Positions 52,230 through 61,090 of a stretch of 64,000 nt of DNA are shown one piece after another. Position numbers and translations under genes: made by a program. This DNA is from Bacillota bacterium (lineage in GTDB: Bacteria; Bacillota; Clostridia; Christensenellales; CAG-138), in contig JAEWYO010000070.1 in assembly GCA_023395595.1 (NCBI GenBank), positions 36,093-100,092 on the forward strand, read 5' to 3'. The notes beneath the pieces were generated by a model. That model ran no database searches, was not told the origin of the DNA, and saw only the letters and a program-made list of their open reading frames with translations. Position 1 is the first letter of the stretch; every line of letters starts with the position of its first letter.

Positions 52230-53567
52230 ATGTTAAAAGCTGGCGTGGCGCAGATTGACATCTCGCCCGAAAAAGGTTTGGAACTGGCGGGGTATCCGCA
52301 TTATCCGCGCAACAACACAGGTGTGCACGATCCGTTGTTTGCCGCGTGCCTGTATGTATCCGATGGCAGCACAGAACTTGCCATGGTGACGCTGGATCTG
52401 CTGTTTTTCTCCAAGCGGCACGTTGCGGAGGTGCGCCGGCGTTTACAAGCGGTCTGCGGGATTCCGGGCGATCACCTGATGATCTCGTGCTCGCATACGC
52501 ATTCCGGCCCGTGGGCGGCGGGCAGGCTGGACGTTGAGAGCCTTGAGGCGGGAAAGGAACAGCCGCACGCTTATGTGGAATCGCTCATTGAACGCATCAC
52601 CCGTATCGTGGCGCAGGCAAAGAGCACTTGTTTTGACGCAACGCTTGCCTATGGCTGCGAACTCTGCGGCGCAGAGCAGGGCGTTGGCGGGAACCGAACC
52701 CTGCGCGGCGGCCCGCATGACCCGCTGGTCAGCGTGATCGCCGTCAAGGACAAGAGCGGCTGTGCACGCGGCGTTTTCGCGAACTATACGCTGCACCCGA
52801 CGTTCATCCACGAATGGAGCGATGTGGTCACGGCGGACTATCCGGCTTATGTCCGGCAGGAGATTGCAAAGCAAGCGCCCGATGCCGTGTTTGGCTTTGC
52901 GCAGGGCGCGTCCGGCAATCAATCCAGCCGGTATTACCGCACGGGAGAGTCGTTTGACGAGGCAGAGCGTGTTGGACGGTTGCTGGGCAGCGCCGCCATG
53001 CGGGTGGTCACGCAGGGTGCGTATCAAAGCGAGATCCGCCTGTCTGCGGCAACGAGCACCGTCGAACCGATCATTCGTGCCTTTGGTGAGGAAGCGGAGC
53101 TGGAGCAGCGCGTGGCAAGCGATCGCGCGGTCTATGAAGACCTTTATGCGCGTTATGGCACATCCGCCAACCGGGACGAATACTATCTTTGGCAAAACGC
53201 GAATCTGAAGTTGCTGGGTTCCGAGGATCAGCTAGGCTATGTGCGGATGCAAAACCGCGGCGTGTCGATTGAACTGCTCCGAGACGAGCGTCCGGCCGAG
53301 ATTCAGGTGTTCGTGCTGGGTTCCTGCTGCATCATCGGGCTGCCGGGCGAAGCGTTTGTGGAGTATGCGCTCTATCTAAAGGCGATGGCGGGCTATCCGA
53401 TGGTGGTGGTCAATACGCTGGCAAACGGTTGCCTGCCGGGCTATCTCATCACGCCGCAGGGCATGAGCGAAGGCGGATACGAGGCGGACACCTCTATGCT
53501 GGATGTCGCCTTCGGACGGGTGTTGATCGATTGCGCGCTGGATACCATCGCGAACTGCGCCAAATAG
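52230..53567 (+). CDS. neutral/alkaline-ceramidase-like N-terminal-domain hydrolase (cytoplasmic)
   Basis: 445 aa, with no signal peptide. MLKAGVAQIDISPEKGLELAGYP...GVHDPLFAACLYV and SCSHTHSGP resemble the bacterial ceramidase-like family. Confidence 0.55.
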   Translation: MLKAGVAQIDISPEKGLELAGYPHYPRNNTGVHDPLFAACLYVSDGSTELAMVTLDLLFFSKRHVAEVRRRLQAVCGIPGDHLMISCSHTHSGPWAAGRLDVESLEAGKEQPHAYVESLIERITRIVAQAKSTCFDATLAYGCELCGAEQGVGGNRTLRGGPHDPLVSVIAVKDKSGCARGVFANYTLHPTFIHEWSDVVTADYPAYVRQEIAKQAPDAVFGFAQGASGNQSSRYYRTGESFDEAERVGRLLGSAAMRVVTQGAYQSEIRLSAATSTVEPIIRAFGEEAELEQRVASDRAVYEDLYARYGTSANRDEYYLWQNANLKLLGSEDQLGYVRMQNRGVSIELLRDERPAEIQVFVLGSCCIIGLPGEAFVEYALYLKAMAGYPMVVVNTLANGCLPGYLITPQGMSEGGYEADTSMLDVAFGRVLIDCALDTIANCAK

Positions 53568-53649
53568 ACAAAGTTCAGCGGAATGTCACGCTTGCGGGGG
53601 AAATATTTCCGCCGGGCGATGAAATATTGGAAAAAGAAGAGAAGAGAAA

Positions 53650-54618
53650 GTGAGAATCAGTACCATGGGAACGTTCCATCAAAGACCCGCCGCGTGGGTG
53701 CCGTATCGCAACGAAGCGGAGCTCGATCGCGTCCGCGCGATCACGCGCGAAGATATAGCAGCGATGAACCATGTTCATCCCAGAAACCCGAATGTGCATT
53801 TGGACGTCATCCGCAACGAAGAGTTTGAGATGATCATGCTCACCGATATGTTCAACCGCATTCTGGACTCGGATCGTTATGATAAAAAGGTCGTGCTGGT
53901 GATGCCGAATCCCTGCACCACCTATCGCAAGCTTGCCTACATGCTCAACAAATGTAAGGTCAACTGCCGCAACGTGAAGTTTTATATGATGGACGAATGG
54001 GCAGATGCGGACGGCAACATTGCGCCGCTGAGCTATGAGTCCGGCTTTGGCAACGCATTTATGCGCTTTTGCATCTCTCAGCTCGATCCCTCGCTGGGTT
54101 TTCAGATGGAGAACTTCGTCTATTTCTCCAATGAGACGGTGGATAGCTATTCCAAGCGGCTAGAGGACGACGGTGAAGCGGACGCGATCTATTCCGGCCC
54201 GGGTTGGCCGGGGCACCTTGCGTTCATCGATCCCGTGGAAGACTGGTATTGCGACACGCTGGAAGAATACATGCGTCAACCCGCGAAGGTTGCCAAGCTG
54301 CATCCCATGACGATGCTGCAAAACTCGCTCCACGGCACGTTTGGCTACAGCGGGGACGTGGCGAAGGTTCCCGCGATGGGCGCGATGATGGGCCCGCGCG
54401 ACGCAATGCAGGCAAAGAACGTCTTTGACCTGCACGGCATCACGACGGACGGCACAAAGGTCACTTGGCAGAGGATGATCTCGCGGCTCTGTATCTTTGC
54501 CGAACCGTGCCAGGAGCTGCCCGCGTCTATTTTGCAACTGCGCGACAAGCCGACCTTCATCTATATGTCAGAAAACTCCGCCTCCACGATCAAAGCGGAC
54601 GATTATTTCCAGTATTGA
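53650..54618 (+). CDS. glucosamine-6-phosphate deaminase/isomerase (NagB-superfamily)-like protein with an N-terminal extension
   Basis: 322 aa. VVLVMPNPCTTYRKLA ... FYMMDEWAD ... GPGWPGHLAFIDP resembles the NagB/6-phosphogluconolactonase fold. The start is uncertain (GTG 53650 or ATG 53665). Confidence 0.6.
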   Translation: MRISTMGTFHQRPAAWVPYRNEAELDRVRAITREDIAAMNHVHPRNPNVHLDVIRNEEFEMIMLTDMFNRILDSDRYDKKVVLVMPNPCTTYRKLAYMLNKCKVNCRNVKFYMMDEWADADGNIAPLSYESGFGNAFMRFCISQLDPSLGFQMENFVYFSNETVDSYSKRLEDDGEADAIYSGPGWPGHLAFIDPVEDWYCDTLEEYMRQPAKVAKLHPMTMLQNSLHGTFGYSGDVAKVPAMGAMMGPRDAMQAKNVFDLHGITTDGTKVTWQRMISRLCIFAEPCQELPASILQLRDKPTFIYMSENSASTIKADDYFQY

Positions 54619-54641
54619 TCCTTTCACACAAGCACACACAG

Positions 54642-54671
54642 GGTGGCCGGAAAAAACCCGGCCGCCTTTTT
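54642..54671 (+). terminator. rho-independent terminator ending the 14-gene operon
   Basis: A 9-bp GC-rich stem GGTGGCCGG/CCGGCCGCC has a 7-nt loop and is followed by TTTTT. Confidence 0.75.
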
Positions 54672-54729
54672 GAATACTTGCGTTTGTGTATTTCACTGGA
54701 ACGACGGGATCAAACAGACGAGAGGGAGC

Positions 54730-56019
54730 ATGCGCATAAACAAAGAGAAAAACAGTCTACGCGCGGATTTGCCGGAAAACGCGTGGAGAGTTCAACGCAG
54801 CAACAGCATTTATTATGCCGTTCGCGAAGGAAGCTTTGCGGCGGCGGCATTGCTCATCAGCGGCACGTTTGTGCAGCTTTATCTTTCGCAACAGGGCGTT
54901 TCAACCATTCAGATTGGCACGTTCAACACGATTCTGGGCGTGGTGAGCCTTGTTTCGACCATGCTGTTCTCCGATTTGGCGGAACGCCGGGCGAACGCGC
55001 TTCGCCAGAGCGACGGTATCCTGCTGAGCGTTGCGCTGCTCTTTTTGTGCTATGCGCCGGTGTTTGTCGCGCTGCCTCGCATTTCTACAATCTGGCTGCT
55101 TGTGACGGGGGTCGCGTCGGCACAGATCATCCTCGCCGCCTGCAAGAGCGTACTAGATTATAAAATGCTCTATCAAATCATCGATATCGAGCGCTACGGC
55201 GCGGTTGCGTCGATGACTGGCGTTTCGATCGGTTTGTTCGGCATGGCATATAGTTGGTTCTTTGCACGAATGCTGGCGTTGCTTTCGCTCCAAACCGCCT
55301 TCCTGATCGGGTTTGCTTCCGCACTGGCTCTCGTGCTGCTTGCCTATTTTTGCAACCGTAAGATGCGGGTGATTCGCGACCCGTTCGTGCCCGCGGCGCA
55401 GGCAAAGCCCGGCGTGCAAGCGAAGCTGGGGCTAATCTTCGACGTCCTGCGCCAGCCGGAGTTTCGGGCGTTCATCGTGCCCAATACGCTGCGCGGCGTG
55501 ACGATTGGCATCCTCAACTCCCTCGTCTTGGTTGCGCTGGCGCTTGGCGTCTCCGCAAAAACCGCCGCAAACCTTGCGATGGCGGGTTCGGTGGGCTATT
55601 TGCTGGGCAGTCTTGCTTATAATGCGCTCTCTCGCGCCGTTTTGCCCAAGTACCTTGGGCTTGTGGGTGGGGGATTGCTCTGCGCGATTGTGCTCTTGCC
55701 GTTTTGCGGCACTGGTAAGTTGTTTTTGTTCGTCGCGATGCTGGGTTACATGGGGCGCACGTTGGTGGACTATGCGGTGCCGTCGATGGTGTTTCAACTC
55801 ATCGACCCCGCTATCTCCGGCGTTTACAACGCTTGGCGCACGGTGCTCTTTAGCGTCGCCGCAGCGGGGATGTCCTATCTGGTCGGTGCGCTGCTGGGTA
55901 AGATTCCGACGGTTCTGCTGCTGATTTTGTGCGCGGGCGCGTACCTGATTTGCGCAATTTGGTATTTTCTTGCGACACGCCGGTTTACAAAAAATCCCGC
56001 TTCAAACGAAGCGGGATAA
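54730..56019 (+). CDS. MFS-type transporter
   Basis: GAGAGGGAG RBS followed by ATG 54730. It is about 430 aa, with roughly 12 hydrophobic helices in a 6+6 arrangement around a central loop. Confidence 0.6.
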   Translation: MRINKEKNSLRADLPENAWRVQRSNSIYYAVREGSFAAAALLISGTFVQLYLSQQGVSTIQIGTFNTILGVVSLVSTMLFSDLAERRANALRQSDGILLSVALLFLCYAPVFVALPRISTIWLLVTGVASAQIILAACKSVLDYKMLYQIIDIERYGAVASMTGVSIGLFGMAYSWFFARMLALLSLQTAFLIGFASALALVLLAYFCNRKMRVIRDPFVPAAQAKPGVQAKLGLIFDVLRQPEFRAFIVPNTLRGVTIGILNSLVLVALALGVSAKTAANLAMAGSVGYLLGSLAYNALSRAVLPKYLGLVGGGLLCAIVLLPFCGTGKLFLFVAMLGYMGRTLVDYAVPSMVFQLIDPAISGVYNAWRTVLFSVAAAGMSYLVGALLGKIPTVLLLILCAGAYLICAIWYFLATRRFTKNPASNEAG

Positions 56020-56040
56020 CGAATTTCGACTCTGATTATG

Positions 56041-56814
56041 TTATAGGATTCTCAGGTCCACACCCTCGGCGCGAATTTTGGAAGCAATGTCGGGGTTTGC
56101 GTTCTGGTCGGTGATCAAAATCGTCTGTGCGGTGAGAGCGCTGATGCGCGAGAAACTTTCTCTACCGAGTTTCGTGCTGTCGGCAACGATGATCGGCGTT
56201 TGCGCGCGCTCCATCATGATCCGATCGATCACGCTCTCTTCCGCATGATAGGTGGTGATGCCCGCGCCGGGCTGGATGCCGTCCACGGAGAGAATCGCCC
56301 AGTTTGCGCGATAGCGCGAGATCTGTTCCTTCACGTCCTCGCCATAGGTAAACGAGTATTGCGCGCTGATGTCCCCGCCGAGCAGAATCACGCGAAACGT
56401 CGGCAGACCGCCGAGCTCCACCGCAACGGAGATGGAGTTGGTGACGATATTGAGGTTTTTGCGCTGTTTGAGCTCCACGGCGGTAAAGTACGTCGTTGTA
56501 CCGGAATTGATAAAGAGCGTGTCTCCGTCTCGCACAAGGCCGGCCGCAGCAGCGGCGATGGCCTTTTTGTTTTCCATGTGCTCCTGTTTGCGGCGCTGAA
56601 ACTCTAAATTATAGTAATTTTTCATGGTCTGGATTGCGCCGCCTTGCGTGCGCTCCAGATAGCCGTCCTGCTCCAGTGCGTCCAGATCGCTGCGGATGGT
56701 AACGACGGTTGCGCCAAGCGTCTCGCTCAGGTGCGCAACGCGAACCTGACCATCCCGGCGGAGAATCTCTAGAATCTTCTTTCTGCGAACGTCGATTTTC
56801 AATTCTCCAGCCAT
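56041..56814 (-). CDS. DeoR-family transcriptional regulator
   Basis: 257 aa. The N-terminal HTH is KILEILRRDGQVRVAHLSETLGATVVTIRSDLDALEQDGYLERTQGGA, followed by a DeoR C-terminal sensor domain. Confidence 0.85.
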   Translation of the reverse strand: MAGELKIDVRRKKILEILRRDGQVRVAHLSETLGATVVTIRSDLDALEQDGYLERTQGGAIQTMKNYYNLEFQRRKQEHMENKKAIAAAAAGLVRDGDTLFINSGTTTYFTAVELKQRKNLNIVTNSISVAVELGGLPTFRVILLGGDISAQYSFTYGEDVKEQISRYRANWAILSVDGIQPGAGITTYHAEESVIDRIMMERAQTPIIVADSTKLGRESFSRISALTAQTILITDQNANPDIASKIRAEGVDLRIL

Positions 56815-56856
56815 GCAGTTTGGTCTCCTTTGGGCGATGAAGGTTCGTTGCTGTTA

Positions 56857-57504
56857 TTATACCACGTCGGATGGATTTGACGAAACGGCGGAAACTGCGC
56901 TTTGTTTGCCCTGGTTGAGCCGCTCGCCTACCGCGCCGCCGGGGTGGATCAGCGCGAACTGCTCGTTGATGAAACCGGTCTCCTCGATCAAGGCGGCTTG
57001 AAGTGCGTCAAACAAAACCGAAAGAACAGTGAAACTGGTTGTCCCCTGCGCGTTGTAGCGATCCACTTCCTTTGTCACCCGCGTTTGCAGGACGATAGTT
57101 GCGCCCTTTGCCAGCGGAGAGTCGAGATTCTCGGTCGCGGCGATTACGCAGACGCCTTTCTTCCGGCAGATGTCGAGGATCGGTAGCAGCTCCGCCGTCT
57201 TTCCGCCGCGGGAAGCCAACAGCATCACGTCGCCCGCCTGCAAGAAACCGCTCGCGCCATGCACCGCCTCGGCAGGGGAGATAAATCGCGCAGGACGCTC
57301 GATGCAGCACATCAAATGCGTGAAATGCTGACAGCAGATGCCAGAGTGCCCGCATCCGCTTGCCGCTATGCGCGGCGCTTTTGCAAGCGCGTCTACCGCG
57401 CGGAGAAAGTCCTCGCGATTGATGCCGCCAAGCGCGTGTGTAATCGCTTCTGCCTCGATTTGGTATGTGCGCTCAAGCGCGGCAAGAGATTGTTCCGCTG
57501 CCAT
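56857..57504 (-). CDS. SIS-domain sugar-phosphate isomerase/binding protein
   Basis: Re-called start at ATG 57504 with a GGAGG RBS. IAASGCGHSG and LLASRGGKTAELL are SIS signatures. Confidence 0.75.
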   Translation of the reverse strand: MAAEQSLAALERTYQIEAEAITHALGGINREDFLRAVDALAKAPRIAASGCGHSGICCQHFTHLMCCIERPARFISPAEAVHGASGFLQAGDVMLLASRGGKTAELLPILDICRKKGVCVIAATENLDSPLAKGATIVLQTRVTKEVDRYNAQGTTSFTVLSVLFDALQAALIEETGFINEQFALIHPGGAVGERLNQGKQSAVSAVSSNPSDVV

Positions 57505-57616
57505 AACAATGCCTCCAAAAAACGATATGCTTTTCTCGCTGGAAAACAATATTTTCTAGATACAGTATAAAAACAATCTAATAAGAAATCAACAGACAAT
57601 AATATAGTAAATAATA

Positions 57617-57645
57617 TTGACTATAAAGAAAATGTAGAGTAAACT
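57617..57645 (+). promoter_or_regulatory. candidate sigma-A promoter for the TIM-like/YjbQ pair
   Basis: TTGACT (57617-57622), a 17-nt spacer, then TAAACT (57640-57645), in an AT-rich divergent intergenic region. Confidence 0.35.
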
Positions 57646-57731
57646 GAGCTCGTTTCCAACCAATGCGTTTGGCGCACAAGAATGAGAAGCCTTGCGGAAA
57701 AAGTTTCGTATGGTAGAAGGAGAAAACGGGT

Positions 57732-58442
57732 TTGTTGAACGGATTTGTACTCAAGCCGCCATTTTTTGAAATCGGGCCAAAGTCCTATCTTTTTGGAGAT
57801 GATGTGTTGCAGCTTGCGCTTGCGGCGGATGCCGCGGCAAAAAAGTATGACGTGGACATCATCTTCACAACGCCTTTGGTCGAGCTGCGTCGCGTTGCGG
57901 AAGCGACGAGCCGCATCTTCGTCTTTGCGCCGCATATGGACCCGATCTTGCCCGGGCGCGGACTGGCGGATACGCTGCCGGAGTCTCTCGTTGCCGCGGG
58001 GGCAAAGGGTGTGATGCTCAACCATTGCGAAAAACCGGTTTCGCTCTCCACACTAACGCAGACCATCCGGCGCGCGGACGAGGTTGGGCTTGCGACCATC
58101 ATTTGCACCGACACCGCGGCGGAGTCTGCGGCGGTTGCAAAGCTGCGCCCGAATATCATCGTTGCCGAGCCAACCGGACAGATTGGCACGGGAGTCGCCA
58201 GCGATATGGACTATGTTGCGGCGGCGATTCGCGCGGTGAAGGACGTTGATCCGGACATCTTTGTGTTGCAGGGCGCGGGAATTAGTAACGGAGAGGATGT
58301 TTTCCGTGTGATTCGCGCGGGCGCAGAGGCGACCGGTTCTTCCAGCGGCGTGGTGAAGGCAAAGGACAGAGCCGCGATGGTAGACGAGATGATTTCTGCC
58401 GTCCGCCGCGCATGGGACGAGAGAATCGCGCAGGACAAATAG
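57732..58442 (+). CDS. triose-phosphate-isomerase-family (archaeal-type TIM-like) protein
   Basis: 236 aa, TTG start 9 nt after GAAGGAG. LNHCEKP (compare NHSE(R/K)) and VAEPTGQIGTG (compare the catalytic-Glu EPxxxIGTG) resemble TIM active-site motifs. Confidence 0.6.
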   Translation: MLNGFVLKPPFFEIGPKSYLFGDDVLQLALAADAAAKKYDVDIIFTTPLVELRRVAEATSRIFVFAPHMDPILPGRGLADTLPESLVAAGAKGVMLNHCEKPVSLSTLTQTIRRADEVGLATIICTDTAAESAAVAKLRPNIIVAEPTGQIGTGVASDMDYVAAAIRAVKDVDPDIFVLQGAGISNGEDVFRVIRAGAEATGSSSGVVKAKDRAAMVDEMISAVRRAWDERIAQDK

Positions 58443-58483
58443 CGTAAATATAAAAATAGAAATACAACTTGGAGGAGAGAACA

Positions 58484-59104
58484 ATGGAATTCAAAGTGTT
58501 TCAAAAAGAGATCGAGTTACAGTCCCGTGGATGGATTCCCACGTTTCATGACATCTCGAAAGAAGTGATGGAGATCGTCGCAGCTTCCGGCGTCAAGAAC
58601 GGAACGTGTGCTATCGTTTCGCATCATACGACTTGCTCGGTGATGATTCAGGAATGTTCGCACGATTTGGATTCGTTTGACATCGAGTATTTGCAGCACG
58701 ACCTGCTCGACATCATGCGCAAGATGGTTCCGGACTTTGCCGAGGAAAATCAATATCGCCACCCCGGCCCGATCCACGCGCAGTTTGGTCGCGCGTGCGA
58801 CGAACCCGGTAATTACACCAGCATGAATACCGACGGGCACCTGCGCAGCGTGTTTTTCGGGCGCAGTGAGAGCGTCACCATCAAGGATGGCATGCTCGAT
58901 GCAGGAGAATTTGCGCATATCTACTTTATCGACTGGGATCACGTGCGCGCCCGTCATCGTCAGGTGAATGTGACCATCATGGGCACCACGGAGGACGTTG
59001 GCAGCCGCAAATGGAACGGCGGGGATACCATCAACACCCTTCGAAAATTTACGGACGAAGAAAAAGCGAATATGCGGGAGTTCACACTGCAACAGGAGCG
59101 CTAA
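58484..59104 (+). CDS. YjbQ/UPF0047-family protein
   Basis: GGAGGAG RBS followed by ATG 58484. CAIVSHHTTCSVMIQE is the family core motif. Confidence 0.75.
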   Translation: MEFKVFQKEIELQSRGWIPTFHDISKEVMEIVAASGVKNGTCAIVSHHTTCSVMIQECSHDLDSFDIEYLQHDLLDIMRKMVPDFAEENQYRHPGPIHAQFGRACDEPGNYTSMNTDGHLRSVFFGRSESVTIKDGMLDAGEFAHIYFIDWDHVRARHRQVNVTIMGTTEDVGSRKWNGGDTINTLRKFTDEEKANMREFTLQQER

Positions 59105-59339
59105 GGCGTTTTTTCCGAGTAGAGGCTAGAGTTTTCAGACTTTCGTTATGCTTGCATATGCTGGTAAGCATGCCACGGTGGACGGTGAAAATGTCACGAT
59201 GCTCGCGTCGCTTGCTCGCTTCTGCACTACCTGAGTCGGTATACGCCTCTGTGGGGAGTAGCGGATCTGTCTTTTGAGATTTTTTAACGTCAGTCCAGCA
59301 AAAAGCGCTGCGGGTACAACCCAATCATATGAAGAACGA

Positions 59340-59379
59340 CATAGACGAAGGCCATCCAAACGGATGGCCTTCGTCTATG
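59340..59379. repeat. perfect 18-bp inverted repeat with a 4-nt spacer
   Basis: The sequence is CATAGACGAAGGCCATCC-AAAC-GGATGGCCTTCGTCTATG. There is no adjacent T-tract on either strand. Confidence 0.9.
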
Positions 59380-59423
59380 AGATTGCGGAGGATGGACTTA
59401 TAACAACGACCTCTGGATCGTGA

Positions 59424-60032
<609 letters not shown>

Positions 60033-60250
60033 ACGCTTTCTTGTAACTTCAATTTAGAAATAGCGCTCTCGTGTGTTGGTTTTTTCCGCAAGTCGAGAGA
60101 AGATTCATTCGGCTTGTACGCGCCGCATTATGAAATACACTTTGATACAGATAGAGAGGATACGATCCATAATTAGCAGGACTTATCCGCACAGAGGCCT
60201 GTAGCGGAAGGATCGGGGATCGATCGGAGACGAGAAAACAATCCGTTTAA

Positions 60251-61069
60251 TCAATTTGGCTGCATGTATTCCGCCGTCTTTTGCAGGCGGTATTCGTTTG
60301 GCGTCGTGCCAAAATACTTCTTGAACACTCCGATGAAGTGCTTGTCAGACGTATACCCGGTTTGCTCTGCAACCTGCTGGATCGTAAGAGCGGCGTTGCT
60401 TTTGAGCAGCAGCGCTGCCTGCATCATGCGAAGCCGCGTTAAAAACTTGGTGTACGATTCGCCTTTTTCCTCGTGAAACACACTGCTGAGATAGGCTGGG
60501 GTCACGCCGAGCGCTTCCGCGACATCCGTCTGCGTGATAGGCTCGGTGAAGTGCGTGGTGATATAGCCCGCGGCTCGCTCGGCGAGCATCTTGTGCTCAC
60601 GGTCGGTTTCCGTAAAGCAGGTTGCGACAAACTTCGCGATGTTCTTCGGTGTGAGTTCTTCGGGCAGCTGCATAGCACTGCGATGCTGACGAATGATGTG
60701 TTCGATTCGCTCAAGCGTTTCGCGCAGCGCGTCGTCGTTGAGCGGCTTGAGCAGATATTCCACCACGCCGAAGTGCAGCGCGGTTCGGGCGTACTCAAAT
60801 TCGTCGTAACCGGTGAGGATGACGATTGGCAGCGTCTTGCCGAGGGTGCGAATGCGCTCGATCAACTGGAGCCCGTCCATGCCGGGCATCCGCAGGTCGG
60901 TGATTACAAGGTCGTACCGGTTCTGCTCAAACAGAGTAAGCGCGGCAACGCCGTCGTGCGCGGCGTCTACGCCAGCAAAGCACGGGTGCAAAAGCGGGAT
61001 GGTACCGATCAGGTAGTCCCGCATCAGAGGTTCGTCTTCCACGACCAAAACACGATAGGAATTCGACAT
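60251..61069 (-). CDS. response regulator with AraC-type HTH output (YesN-like)
   Basis: 272 aa. The receiver is VLVVEDEPLMRDYL...DLVITDLRMPGMDG, and the C-terminus has an AraC double HTH (IQQVAEQTGYTSDKHFIGVFKKYFGTTPNEY). Confidence 0.85.
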   Translation of the reverse strand: MSNSYRVLVVEDEPLMRDYLIGTIPLLHPCFAGVDAAHDGVAALTLFEQNRYDLVITDLRMPGMDGLQLIERIRTLGKTLPIVILTGYDEFEYARTALHFGVVEYLLKPLNDDALRETLERIEHIIRQHRSAMQLPEELTPKNIAKFVATCFTETDREHKMLAERAAGYITTHFTEPITQTDVAEALGVTPAYLSSVFHEEKGESYTKFLTRLRMMQAALLLKSNAALTIQQVAEQTGYTSDKHFIGVFKKYFGTTPNEYRLQKTAEYMQPN

Positions 61070-61090
61070 AGGCTGTTCCTTTCGGGGTGC

